Assembly: GCA_036496545.1 (NCBI GenBank)
Contig: DASXKX010000027.1
Location: forward strand, 18,559 to 82,558
Length of the DNA: 64,000 nt
Origin: Gaiellaceae bacterium
Lineage (GTDB): Bacteria; Actinomycetota; Thermoleophilia; Gaiellales; Gaiellaceae
Reading direction: 5' to 3'
Part shown: in pieces, positions 1-8,587 of the stretch
How the letters are laid out: each line of letters starts with the position of its first letter
Position numbering within the stretch: the first letter of the stretch is position 1
The notes under the pieces: generated by a model
Database searches by the model: none
Told to the model about the DNA's origin: nothing
What the model saw: the letters and a program-made list of their open reading frames with translations, nothing else
Made by a program: the position numbers and the translations under genes

Positions 1-89
1 ACAAACACTGCGCCGTTGCGGACGCGCCGAGCGAGGGCGGCCGGGTGCGAATACTGCGCGACGAGAGCGAGCATCCGGACTTCCGACAT
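1..89 (-). CDS. 5' end of an unidentified CDS running off the left edge (partial)
   Basis: ATG (complement of 87-89) opens frame MSEVRMLALVAQYSHPAALARRVRNGAVF... that stays open to position 1. Too short to assign, and the GAGG upstream is too close to be a good SD. Confidence 0.2.
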   Translation of the reverse strand, partial: MSEVRMLALVAQYSHPAALARRVRNGAVF

Positions 90-342
90 ACCTCAAGATA
101 GCCGTTTCACGGCCGGTTCCAGAAGACGCCGAGCAGAAGGAAGAGCGCACCAAGCGCGTGACAGGGTCAATCCGTCGAGCGATAAGAGTTGTTGCTGCGT
201 CACCCATTTGGGGGCGTCCTCCGGCATGACCGTCTCCGATACTCCTGGCGACACGGAAGCGAGCAGTCAGGTTGGGGCGGCGGACACCGCCTCAGGCAGG
301 GGTCTTGCTCGCAGTGCCGCCAAACACGCTCCGTGTCCCTGA

Positions 343-381
343 GCGGCTGCCTAGGTCAGAGGGATGGCTCTAGGCAGTCGC
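343..381. other. Stem-loop (12-bp stem incl. one G-U) in noncoding region
   Basis: gcggctgcctag (343-354) pairs with ctaggcagtcgc (370-381). The core CTGCCTAG/CTAGGCAG is a perfect 8-bp inverted repeat with a 15-nt loop. Confidence 0.5.
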
Positions 382-400
382 CCCATTCCCAAAGAATGAG

Positions 401-444
401 GCCGGGCAGCAAAGGGCGGGGGTGTCGGCCCTTTGCTGCACGGC
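401..444. other. Strong stem-loop (perfect 12-bp core) in noncoding region
   Basis: gcagcaaagggc (406-417) pairs with gccctttgctgc (428-439) across a 10-nt loop. The stem extends by gccg/cggc with one mismatch. Confidence 0.55.
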
Positions 445-616
445 CGTCTTGGCGAGCGGTCCGCACCTTATGACGTGGCGCATTTGGGTGTGCTCTAGAT
501 TCGCTTACGCTGTCCCGCCGTCCACCCAATCGGTTCAGCCCTGCCGCGGACCTGTTATGAATCCCCGCTTCGGCGGCTGCCGACTTGCCGGCAGTGCCTA
601 AACAGGAGACGTGCCG

Positions 617-829
617 ATGTGGTTTTGGATCGCAGTCGGGCTCGGTTCCGTTGCAGCGTTCTCTCTCTTGATGGGACTGGCGTTCGCGCGCATTCTTCGA
701 GCGCTCGGAGAAGCATCGAAGATGCATGAGGCCGATGCGCCTGTGGTTGAACTGGAAGCGCTCCGCTTTGGCGGAGCGACTCCCGAGGCGAAGCAGCCTT
801 CGGCGGCCGTCCTCCGCGCCGTGCGTTAG
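617..829 (+). CDS. Small single-pass membrane protein (hypothetical)
   Basis: ORF track 611..829. AGGAG at 604-608 is 8 nt before ATG 617. The N-terminal hydrophobic helix is WFWIAVGLGSVAAFSLLMGLAF. GC3 is only moderate. Confidence 0.4.
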   Translation: MWFWIAVGLGSVAAFSLLMGLAFARILRALGEASKMHEADAPVVELEALRFGGATPEAKQPSAAVLRAVR

Positions 830-914
830 CCGCAGGTCAGGCTGGGCTTGTCGAACGGACGCGATTCAAGCTCCGGGTCCGTTAGGAATCCTCGGGAGCG
901 GGCACAGGGGCTTT

Positions 915-1163
915 ATGGGCCGCGGTAACGAGCACACCCTCGAGCGAGTCCTGGTCGCCATAGCCACGAACGAGCAGGTCTCGTCATCGTTGCGCGGCTA
1001 TCGAGACCGCGATCACGCAATCGAACAGCTGGAAGCGGACATGGCGAGCCAACGACGCGAGCTCATTCAGGAACTGCTCGCCGTCGCGCGAAAGCACTCG
1101 GCGGCTCCCGTCGCGGCACGCATGATCCGTGACGAGTTCATCGTCGGCCTAAGAGACTCCTAG
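915..1163 (+). CDS. Hypothetical protein (82 aa)
   Basis: Internal ATG of ORF 726..1163. MGRGNEHTLERVLVAIATNEQ... reads as a non-low-complexity sequence. I recognise no family. Confidence 0.4.
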   Translation: MGRGNEHTLERVLVAIATNEQVSSSLRGYRDRDHAIEQLEADMASQRRELIQELLAVARKHSAAPVAARMIRDEFIVGLRDS

Positions 1164-1637
1164 CGTCGGCTCGTAGCGATCTTTTGGCTCGCCGCGAGCG
1201 GGCGCCGGCCGTAAGGCGAGCCCCGATTTTCTCTTGGCCTCTGTCCACCGGCCGACCGGTGCCGTAGATTCCCGAGCAGCGGTACGGCAAGACGAGGCGA
1301 GGGCGAGCAGCGGCATGGGCTTTTGGCGAAGCCTGCGGCAATGGTGGTGCTGGGACGGCAGTCCGGACACGGATCCCTTCCGCAATCCGGGAAAGGATCC
1401 AATCGCGAGCGATGTCTCCGGGCATGCGCATACGGCGCCCGACGCCGAGCCTGCAGAACAAGCAGAAGAGAACGACGCGTAGGACTGCCTCGAGCCGCAG
1501 TCGCGGAGCCCAGCGGTGTCGGATGAAGAAGATCGCCGCCACCAGACCGCCTGCACAACCCCGTTTCATCCTCCGGCTAGGTCGTTCCTAGCCGGACGGC
1601 GCGCGCCCGCCGCGTGATCCGGGTCAGGGTGTGACCC

Positions 1638-1772
1638 ATGACGACTCTCAACCGCTGGAAAGAGCAGCGCCGGCCGCTGGCACGGGCCGTTGACCTTCCG
1701 ATGCTGGCGATCGTGATGACGATCGAGATCGCCGGAATCGTCCTGATCGCCTTCCTCGCCTCGCGGATCTAG
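1638..1772 (+). CDS. Possible 44-aa membrane peptide (hypothetical)
   Basis: ATG 1638 to TAG 1770-1772 gives MTTLNRWKEQRRPLARAVDLPMLAIVMTIEIAGIVLIAFLASRI. It has high GC3 and one TM helix, and is below the ORF-track length cutoff. Confidence 0.25.
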   Translation: MTTLNRWKEQRRPLARAVDLPMLAIVMTIEIAGIVLIAFLASRI

Positions 1773-1966
1773 CCCGGCCGCCGGAAGGACTCCGGCATAC
1801 ACGGCGAACGCGACAGCAGGACGTCACGGCAATTCCTCTCTCCCGCCGTGGCGTCTCAGGGGCCGTTCGTTCGTACCGCAGGAACGGGCGGCCCCGCTAG
1901 TCCTGGCTGATTTCATCACGTTGAGGGAGCGAGGCAGGCCTGCGCCCGCCCCGCAACCCCACCGCC

Positions 1967-2425
1967 TCAGGCGCCGAGTGCGGCGAGCACGTCGTCCGCG
2001 TGCGTCGCCGGCTTCACGTTGTGCATGACCTTCTTCACCGTGCCGTCGGCGTCGATGACGAACGTCGAACGGACGACGCCCATGTACGACTTGCCTGCGT
2101 ACTTCTTCTCGCCCCACACGCCGTACTGTTCGGCGACGGCGTGGTCGGTGTCGGCAAGAAGCGTGAAGGGCAGCTCGTACTTCTCCTTGAACTTCACATG
2201 CGAGCGCTCGCTGTCCGGTGAAACGCCGAGCACGACTGCGCCCGCACGCTCGAACTCACCGTAGACGTCGCGAATGCCGCACGCCTGCGCCGTACAGCCG
2301 GGCGTGTCGTCCTTGGGATAGAAGTACAGGACGACGGGCTTGCCGCGAAGATCCTTCAGCGACACCGTCTCGCCGCTGTCGCTCTGCATTTCGAAGTCCG
2401 GGGCCGGCTTGCCTTCCTCGATCAC
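1967..2425 (-). CDS. bcp: Thioredoxin-dependent peroxiredoxin Bcp (bacterioferritin comigratory protein)
   Basis: 152 aa with KPAPDF..., the YFYPKDDTPGCT peroxidatic-Cys motif and AhpC/TSA layout. GTG start with GGGAGGG SD 4 nt upstream. Confidence 0.93.
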   Translation of the reverse strand: MIEEGKPAPDFEMQSDSGETVSLKDLRGKPVVLYFYPKDDTPGCTAQACGIRDVYGEFERAGAVVLGVSPDSERSHVKFKEKYELPFTLLADTDHAVAEQYGVWGEKKYAGKSYMGVVRSTFVIDADGTVKKVMHNVKPATHADDVLAALGA

Positions 2426-2452
2426 ATTCCCTCCCGGTAGCGTTTCGCGCCT

Positions 2453-2809
2453 GTGCTAACGGCCCATCACACCGTTGCATTCCTCGTGCTCGCGGTGACC
2501 TGGTCGGCAGCGGTGCTCGCCGGTGTCTCGTATTACAGGCGGCGCGAGCCTCGCGGCATCGTGACGCATCTGCTCGCGCTTGCGCAGACGGTGGTGATCG
2601 CCCAGGTCGGGCTCGGGCTGCTTCTGCTCTCGAGCCATCACCGGGCACCTGACCGCCTCCACTACGTCTACGGCTCGTTGTCGCTCGCGGCCGTCCTCGC
2701 GCCGTGGCTCTATGCCCCCGCGGACCGTCGTAGGCGGCTCGCCTGGTTCGCTGGAGCTACCCTCGTAGCAGGAGCGCTCGCCGTTCGGGCGTACATGACC
2801 GGAACCTGA
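2453..2809 (+). CDS. Integral membrane protein (hypothetical, ~4 TM)
   Basis: 118-aa hydrophobic ORF with high GC3. Its TGA overlaps the ATG of the next ORF by 1 nt (2807-2811). Confidence 0.6.
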   Translation: MLTAHHTVAFLVLAVTWSAAVLAGVSYYRRREPRGIVTHLLALAQTVVIAQVGLGLLLLSSHHRAPDRLHYVYGSLSLAAVLAPWLYAPADRRRRLAWFAGATLVAGALAVRAYMTGT

Positions 2810-3183
2810 TGGGACATTTCTTCTCGCGGATGAACCCGACTCTGCGCGGGTTCCTGATCCTCATCGCGATCGCAGCGATCGTCGTCGTGCTGAAACTCGA
2901 GGCGACGGTCGTCTCGCTGCTGATCATTGCGCGCATCGCGTTCATCCTCGCGATCGCGTTCTTCATCTTCCTTATGTGGCGCGAGCGCCGCGAGGAGATC
3001 TCGATGTGGCCCGCGCGTGCGCGGATCGCGTTTTACGGCGCGGCCGTCATCGCCGTCGCGGCTCTCGGCGTCAACTGGTACGGCGGCGCCCACGGGTTCG
3101 ACGTGATCGCGTTCGTCGCAATTCTCGCGCTGTGCGGCGTCGCCATGTGGCGCGTCTGGCGCGACCAGCACACCTACCGCTAG
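2809..3183 (+). CDS. Integral membrane protein (hypothetical, ~4 TM)
   Basis: 124 aa with repeated hydrophobic helices (FLILIAIAAIVVVL, IIARIAFILAIAFFIFL ...). Translationally coupled to the preceding ORF. Confidence 0.6.
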   Translation: MGHFFSRMNPTLRGFLILIAIAAIVVVLKLEATVVSLLIIARIAFILAIAFFIFLMWRERREEISMWPARARIAFYGAAVIAVAALGVNWYGGAHGFDVIAFVAILALCGVAMWRVWRDQHTYR

Positions 3184-3872
3184 AGCTCGACGCGAGACGA
3201 CGCGCCGTCGAGCGCAGCAAGCGCCTCCCGGATCGTCACGTGCTGACCGACGAAGATCGGCGTGTCGCGTTCGGTGTACCGCGACGCCTCGCTGTTTCGC
3301 AGGCGGAGCATGAGATGCATGAAGTCGGCGGGCTCCTCGCACTCGAACGCGGTCATGAACTCCTGGTCGTCGATCCCGAACGAGTACGTCGTGTGGTTCT
3401 TGATGCCCGGAAACTCGTCGTGCCCGATGCGGATGTGCTCGTCCATCGCGCGCCGGCGGTCGGCCTCGGGCAGCGCGTACCACGGTCGCACCTTCACGAA
3501 CGGGTAGACGACGAGGTACGGCGATCCCTGCGGCGTGACCTTGCGCGCGCGCCGCGCGCTCGTGTACTGCGATGCCTTTGTCGTGGCGAGATACGAGTAC
3601 GGGGTCTCGAGCCAGCCGGCGAGCGGGGTCGAGTTCAGCGCCGCGCCGAGCTCGCCGAGCACCTCGTACCTGTCGGTGATCTTCCAGAGGAAGAAGTCCG
3701 TCTCTGGGCGCACGCCGGTCGTCGTGTACGCGCGGAGGTGCGCGTACCGGTCGGTGAAGTCCTCGACGACCTCCGCGAAGGCATCCTTGCCGGCCCGCCG
3801 CTCGTCGACCGGCAGCCGCCGCCACGCCGGATCGATGCGGAAGAACGTATAGGCGACGTACTGGCCGTCCAC
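3180..3872 (-). CDS. hemQ: Coproheme decarboxylase / hydrogen peroxide-dependent heme synthase (HemQ/ChdC, chlorite-dismutase family)
   Basis: Chlorite-dismutase-like sequence (YTFFRIDPAWRRLP..., VVYPFVKVRPWYALP, HIRIGHDEFPGIKNHTTYSFGIDDQEF). GTG at 3872 chosen because the upstream gene stops at 3883. The ORF track extends to 3986. Confidence 0.85.
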   Translation of the reverse strand: MDGQYVAYTFFRIDPAWRRLPVDERRAGKDAFAEVVEDFTDRYAHLRAYTTTGVRPETDFFLWKITDRYEVLGELGAALNSTPLAGWLETPYSYLATTKASQYTSARRARKVTPQGSPYLVVYPFVKVRPWYALPEADRRRAMDEHIRIGHDEFPGIKNHTTYSFGIDDQEFMTAFECEEPADFMHLMLRLRNSEASRYTERDTPIFVGQHVTIREALAALDGASSRVEL

Positions 3873-3882
3873 GCCGGAAATG

Positions 3883-5292
3883 CTAGCCGCGGCGAACGGC
3901 CCGGAGCATCGTGGTCGGCGGTGCGGGGTTGACCGGTGCGACCGCTGAGAGTCGTAAGCGGTACGGGCCTTTCGTCGTCGGGACACGCAACGGCAGCGTC
4001 GTCGGCTTCGTGCCGATCGCGACGCCGTGCTTCGAGTACAGCAACTTCCCTGGAAGCCGATACAGCTGCGCCGTGTACGCGCAGTCGAGGTCGCACGTCA
4101 GCGTCAGCACGGCGCCGCGTTGCGCCACTGTCGGATGCACCGGGAGCTGCAGTCCCGCGCACGCCGTAACAACGCCGCGGCGAGACTGGTCCATCGCGGC
4201 AGCGACGGGCTTGAGGCTCGGCTTCGGCGTGTCGTCCGCGTAGTAGAGGCCCGACTGCCAGCCGCTGAGCGCGGTCTCGTCGACCGAATGGAACAGGAAG
4301 AGCCCCTGCACGTTGGGCTGGCAGAACGCGAGCTGGATCGCCTGTGTGTAGAACTGCGCCTGCGTTGCAGGAGGCACCGGCTTCGTCGTCGCCGGCTCCG
4401 TGCCCGTGTAGAGCGACGCCTTCGTCGTCGGGACCTGCGACTCCACGCCGAACTCGTCGTACCAGATCGGCATCGTGTAGTCGTTGAACGCCTCGCCGAG
4501 CGACGCGACGAGCTTGGGGTAGTCGGCGAGCGCGATCGTCGTCGAGTTGAAGTGCATCCCGGTGACCGGCGCGACGCTCGAATTGTCCTCGTACGGATGG
4601 AACGCGAAGCCGTCCATGATCGGCGTGGTGCGCCCGCTGTTGCGCCACGCCTGCCCGAGATCGTGAATGAACACCGTCGGCGAGTGGGTAGGGCGGATGC
4701 TGTCCGGCACGTCGCCGCCGCGCGGTGATACCGCGCCGCCGAGCACGGTCACGGTTGGGTCGGCGGACTTGACGGCATCGTAGGTCTGCGCAAGCAGCGA
4801 CTCGTATGCGGGCGCAGCGGCGTCGCCGCCGTCCACGTTGAACTGCGGCAGCCAGTACCGGTTGAGGTTCGGCTCGTTGCCGATGATGAGCGACCGCAGA
4901 GACGGAACTGCCTCCACGATCGACGCGGCGAACGACGCGAAGTCCGCTTGATCCTGCGGCGTCAGCGGGGTCGTCGCGCTCCCCTTGTTCATGACGCTCG
5001 TGAGGACGTTGACGTCGTCGAGCCGGGCCGCGGCGACGACGTTGTCAAGCACCTTCTTGTCCGTCGGCGAGAGCGTCTGCGTGCCCGGCGTCCAGATCTG
5101 GGTGATGCGGACGCCGGTGAAGCCGGCGAGCGCGAGGATGTCCATCTGCGCCTTCGCGTCGGTCAGCGTGCTCGAGCGAACAGCGTCCTCGGTCGCGCCG
5201 ATCACGAGGCCCGGGCCGCCCGCATGTGCGGCCGGTGCCAGCACGAGCACGACGACGAGAAGCGCCGCAAGCCGCAGAGAAGTGCCCCACAT
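3883..5292 (-). CDS. Secreted glycoside-hydrolase-like protein, clan GH-A (TIM-barrel) type; paralog 1 of 3
   Basis: Signal peptide MWGTSLRLAALLVVVLVLAPAAHA. IIGNEPN (NEP acid/base motif), HPY, and YDEFGV (candidate nucleophile Glu). Has a C-terminal beta-rich domain. Paralogous to 31620-33008 and 33115-34470. Confidence 0.8.
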   Translation of the reverse strand: MWGTSLRLAALLVVVLVLAPAAHAGGPGLVIGATEDAVRSSTLTDAKAQMDILALAGFTGVRITQIWTPGTQTLSPTDKKVLDNVVAAARLDDVNVLTSVMNKGSATTPLTPQDQADFASFAASIVEAVPSLRSLIIGNEPNLNRYWLPQFNVDGGDAAAPAYESLLAQTYDAVKSADPTVTVLGGAVSPRGGDVPDSIRPTHSPTVFIHDLGQAWRNSGRTTPIMDGFAFHPYEDNSSVAPVTGMHFNSTTIALADYPKLVASLGEAFNDYTMPIWYDEFGVESQVPTTKASLYTGTEPATTKPVPPATQAQFYTQAIQLAFCQPNVQGLFLFHSVDETALSGWQSGLYYADDTPKPSLKPVAAAMDQSRRGVVTACAGLQLPVHPTVAQRGAVLTLTCDLDCAYTAQLYRLPGKLLYSKHGVAIGTKPTTLPLRVPTTKGPYRLRLSAVAPVNPAPPTTMLRAVRRG

Positions 5293-5312
5293 TGCCTGGG
5301 CTACGGTAGCCG

Positions 5313-7169
5313 GTGGTGGCGTCCCGGCTCGAAGACCAGCTCAAACAGCTCCCGGCGAAGCCGGGCGTCTACCTGTTCCGGGACGAGCGCGGCGAGGTCC
5401 TCTATATCGGCAAGGCGAAGACGCTGCGCTCGCGCGTGCGCTCCTACTTCCAGTCAGGGCAGGACGGCCGCGCGCAGATCGCATACCTGCCCGAGCGCGT
5501 CGCGGACATCGAGGTGATCGTCACCGGCTCCGAGGTCGAGGCACTCCACCTCGAGCAGAACCTCGTCAAGCGGCACCGGCCGCCGTTCAACGTCCGGCTG
5601 CGCGACGACAAGTCGTTCCCGTACATCGCCGTCACGGTGGAGGACGAGTACCCGCGCGTGATGTTCACCAGCGAGCGACACCGGCGCGGCGTCTGGTATT
5701 TCGGGCCGTACGCGAACGCGAAGAAGGTGCGCGAGACGCTCGACGTCCTCAACCGGGTCTTCCCGTACCGGCCGTGCGAAGGGCCGAAGCCGGGCCGCCA
5801 CTCGGGCATCCCGTGCCTCGATTACCACATCGACCGCTGCCTCGCGCCGTGCGTCGGCTACGTCTCGAAGGAGGACTACGGCGCGATCATCGACGGCGTC
5901 ATCGAGTTCCTGTCGGGAAACGTTCGCCCGATTCAGCGCGAGCTCGAGCAGAAGATGAACGAGGCTGCCCGCGAGGAGCGGTTCGAGGACGCGGCGCGTT
6001 ATCGCAACCGGCTCTTCGCCGTGCAGCATCTCGTCGAGCGGCAGGCTGTCGAGCGGCAGTCGGTTGGAACGGTCGACGTCATCGGCTTTGCCTCGGAAGG
6101 CGATCGTGCCGTCGTGCAGATCTTCCCGCTTCGCGGCGGCCGCATGGTCGACCGCCACTCGTTCCACCTCGAGAACGCGGAAGGGCAGGACATGAACACG
6201 GTGCTCGAGTCGTTTGGTCTCGAGTACTACGGCTCCGCACCGAGCGTGCCGCCGCAGATCGTCGTGCCGCACGGTGCGGGCGACTTGTCGGCGCTCGCCG
6301 AGCTCCTGTCGGAGAAGCGCGGCGCACGCGTCGAGGTGCGCACCGCCGAGCGCGGCGAGAAGCGGCGCCTGCAGCAGCTCGCGGACGAGAACGCACGGCA
6401 GGCGCTCGTCAGCGCACAGGCGGCGAGCGAGCAGAAGCGTGCGCGCCGCGTCGAGGCGCTCGAAGAGCTGCGTGAGGCGCTGAACCTCGAGGCGCTCCCG
6501 TTGCGCGTCGAGTGCTACGACATCTCGCATGCGATGGGCCAGGATCCCGTCGGCTCGATGGTCGTCTTCCAGGACGCGATGCCGCGCAAGTCGGACTACC
6601 GCAAGTTCGGGATCAAGAGCGCAGGCCCCGACCCGGACGACTTCGCGGCGATGGCAGAGGTGATCGCGCGCCGCTTCGCGCGGCTCTCCGACGGGACGGG
6701 CGAAACCCACGACGCGTCGTTCGCGACCGCGCCGAACCTCGTCGTCATCGACGGCGGCAAAGGGCAGCTTTCCGCCGCGCTCGCTGCGATGCAGGCGTAC
6801 GACCTGCCACGCGTCGCCGTGATCGCCCTCGCGAAGCGGATTGAAGAGGTGTTCGTCCCCGGCCGGGCCGACCCGATCGTGCTGTCGCGGCGCAACCCAG
6901 GCCTGCAGCTGCTGCAGAGAATCCGCGACGAGGCGCACCGGTTTGCGCTCGACTTCCACCGCCAACGCCGCGAGTCGCGCGGGTTCGAGTCCCTCTTCGA
7001 CGACCTCGAGGGCGTCGGCCCCGCGCGGCGGCGCGCGCTGCTGAACCACTTCGGCTCGGTCGACGAGATGGCGGCGGCGTCGCAGGAGCAGCTCGAGGGC
7101 GTGCCCGGCGTGCCGGCCGCCGTGGGCCGCCGCATCTACGCGCAGCTGCACAAGACCGGGCGCGGCTAG
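5313..7169 (+). CDS. uvrC: Excinuclease ABC subunit C
   Basis: 618 aa with GIY-YIG N-terminus (KPGVYLFRDERGEVLYIGKAKTLRSRVRSYF), UVR domain, endonuclease V-like region and C-terminal (HhH)2. GTG start. Confidence 0.95.
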   Translation: MVASRLEDQLKQLPAKPGVYLFRDERGEVLYIGKAKTLRSRVRSYFQSGQDGRAQIAYLPERVADIEVIVTGSEVEALHLEQNLVKRHRPPFNVRLRDDKSFPYIAVTVEDEYPRVMFTSERHRRGVWYFGPYANAKKVRETLDVLNRVFPYRPCEGPKPGRHSGIPCLDYHIDRCLAPCVGYVSKEDYGAIIDGVIEFLSGNVRPIQRELEQKMNEAAREERFEDAARYRNRLFAVQHLVERQAVERQSVGTVDVIGFASEGDRAVVQIFPLRGGRMVDRHSFHLENAEGQDMNTVLESFGLEYYGSAPSVPPQIVVPHGAGDLSALAELLSEKRGARVEVRTAERGEKRRLQQLADENARQALVSAQAASEQKRARRVEALEELREALNLEALPLRVECYDISHAMGQDPVGSMVVFQDAMPRKSDYRKFGIKSAGPDPDDFAAMAEVIARRFARLSDGTGETHDASFATAPNLVVIDGGKGQLSAALAAMQAYDLPRVAVIALAKRIEEVFVPGRADPIVLSRRNPGLQLLQRIRDEAHRFALDFHRQRRESRGFESLFDDLEGVGPARRRALLNHFGSVDEMAAASQEQLEGVPGVPAAVGRRIYAQLHKTGRG

Positions 7170-7238
7170 CTCGGTTTACACGGCAGCCGTGCAGGCGTAG
7201 GTTGGTCCCGACATCTCGGCCGAAAGAAAGGAGGCTGG

Positions 7239-7952
7239 ATGGCGGTTCTCTCGGTGATGAAGATCGAGGGCGATCCGGACGAGCTCATCGCCCGGTTGCA
7301 GACGACCATCGATCCAGTTGCGGCCCGGAAGGGGCCGCAGTACGGCGGGATCTCGTCGACGGTGGTGCGCTTGGACGACGGGATCAAGATCTTCAACCTG
7401 TGGCAGACGGAAGAGGGCCGGCACCAGATGGCTGCCGACCCGGAAATCCAGGCCGCGCTCCGCACCGCCGGCTTCCCAGAGCCGAGCTTCACCGGCTACG
7501 AAGTGGTCTGGACGCGCTCGGCGATCGACGGTGCGAAGGCGCTCGCCCATCGGATCGCAGACGAGATCTGGACGCAGCACAAGCTCGAGGTGATCGACGA
7601 GGTGATTGCGAGCGACTTCGTCGGCACCAGCCCGACCGACGGCGAGTTCCGCGGCCCTGCCGGGTTCAGGCAGCTGGTCGAGCGGTATATCTCGGCGTTC
7701 CCCAACGCAACGATGCAGGTCACCGAGATCGTCGGGGAGGGCGACATGATCGCGGCTCACTGGACGGCGACGGGCACCCACACGGGCGAGCTGATGGGCA
7801 TCGCGCCCACGGGTCGCGACGTCACGGTCGAAGGCACGCAGTTCGACCGGATCCGCGATGGGAAGATCGTCGAGAGCCACGGTCTCTTCGACGCGCTCGG
7901 TCTGCTCCAGCAGATTGGGGCCGTGCCGGCCGGCGCACCGGCGCCGGCGTAG
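7239..7952 (+). CDS. SnoaL-like ester cyclase fused to an N-terminal ABM/ferredoxin-like domain
   Basis: The C-terminal half matches predicted ester cyclases (FVGTSPTDGEFRGPAGFRQLVERYISAFPN..., HWTATGTHTGELMGIAPTGR). AAAGGAGG SD upstream of the ATG. Confidence 0.75.
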   Translation: MAVLSVMKIEGDPDELIARLQTTIDPVAARKGPQYGGISSTVVRLDDGIKIFNLWQTEEGRHQMAADPEIQAALRTAGFPEPSFTGYEVVWTRSAIDGAKALAHRIADEIWTQHKLEVIDEVIASDFVGTSPTDGEFRGPAGFRQLVERYISAFPNATMQVTEIVGEGDMIAAHWTATGTHTGELMGIAPTGRDVTVEGTQFDRIRDGKIVESHGLFDALGLLQQIGAVPAGAPAPA

Positions 7953-8049
7953 GCAGCGCCGAAAGATCGACCAAAAGGGGGCTGGTGGAACCACCGGCCC
8001 CCTTCCGACGTTGTGGTGAGAAATGCTCTCGCTGCCGTCCCCACGCCAC

Positions 8050-8250
8050 ATGCCGTGCGAGCACTGCGGCGCCTCGGTCGAGCGCGGCGGCGAGGCAGGG
8101 CACCAGTGCGAGGACGAACGGCGTCTCGAATATCGGGTTTTCGCGCTGCGCGACGAGATCGAGTCGTTCGACGAGAACTGGACGGCATGGCTTCAGTCGC
8201 CGGAGGGTCTCTTCGAGCTGTTCTACGCCGAGCGCACGCGGCGCGGCTGA
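8050..8250 (+). CDS. Small Cys/His-containing hypothetical protein
   Basis: Internal ATG of ORF 8023..8250 with very high GC3. MPCEHCGASVERGGEAGHQCE suggests a CxxC...HxC metal site. No family recognised. Confidence 0.45.
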   Translation: MPCEHCGASVERGGEAGHQCEDERRLEYRVFALRDEIESFDENWTAWLQSPEGLFELFYAERTRRG

Positions 8251-8301
8251 CGCGTTTCTCGAATCGCGTCTCCGGTGACGTGACCTTCGAAAGGAGGTCA
8301 C

Positions 8302-8571
8302 ATGCCCAAGAGGGATCACGGCCCGTCGGTCAAGGACCCGGAGGTCTACGAGGCGCTCCGGCGAGAGGGCGCGAGCAAAGAGAAGGCCGCGCGGATCGCC
8401 AACGAGTCCGCGCGCGAAGGACGGCATGAAGTTGCCGAGCGGGGAGCACACTCCAAGTCGTACGAGGAGTGGACGGTCGACGAGCTCCGCCGGCGCGCTG
8501 CGGAGATCGGCATCGACGGCCGTTCGGATATGACGAAGGACGAGCTGATCGAAGCGCTGCGGAACCACTGA
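8302..8571 (+). CDS. Rho termination factor N-terminal (SAP-like) domain-containing protein
   Basis: 89 aa. The C-terminus WTVDELRRRAAEIGIDGRSDMTKDELIEALRNH is typical of the Rho_N motif. GGAGG SD upstream. Confidence 0.7.
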   Translation: MPKRDHGPSVKDPEVYEALRREGASKEKAARIANESAREGRHEVAERGAHSKSYEEWTVDELRRRAAEIGIDGRSDMTKDELIEALRNH

Positions 8572-8587
8572 GTGATAGAGAACCCGC

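Noticed and set aside
90-345. Riboswitch-like fragments: CUGAG...ACCUGA (TPP-like) on the minus strand; CUGGCG ... CCGCCUCAGGCA (ZTP/pfl-like) on the plus strand; GCCAGGAG (cobalamin-like)
   Set aside because: The motif order and spacing do not match the known architectures; for example, the hairpin follows CUGAG rather than preceding it. Key conserved blocks are missing. The flanking genes are not of the regulated classes. An Infernal scan would be decisive.
356-368. A 13-mer, TCAGAGGGATGGC, shared between 356-368 and 27050-27062
   Set aside because: In 64 kb of biased sequence, tens of 13-mer coincidences are expected by chance, and the flanks do not align.
1138-1569. Three overlapping minus-strand ORFs (132-143 aa) and the plus-strand ORF 1234-1482
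   Set aside because: None shows the genome-typical GC3 bias across its length. The translations are low complexity, apart from a possible short hydrophobic N-terminus in the 1138-1569 frame, whose GGAGG directly abuts the ATG. I could not support any call.
5454-7151. Very long antisense or alternative-frame ORFs (e.g. 5454-7151 -, 22293-24266 -, 42904-45747 -, 39449-40561 -, 61491-63038 -, 37764-39602 -) that could be mistaken for overlapping genes
   Set aside because: They lie opposite or out of frame to strongly conserved genes (uvrC, argS, carB, pyrB ...). Their translations are Arg/Ala/Pro/Gly-rich low complexity. Such open frames are the expected by-product of ~70% G+C with stop-poor frames.
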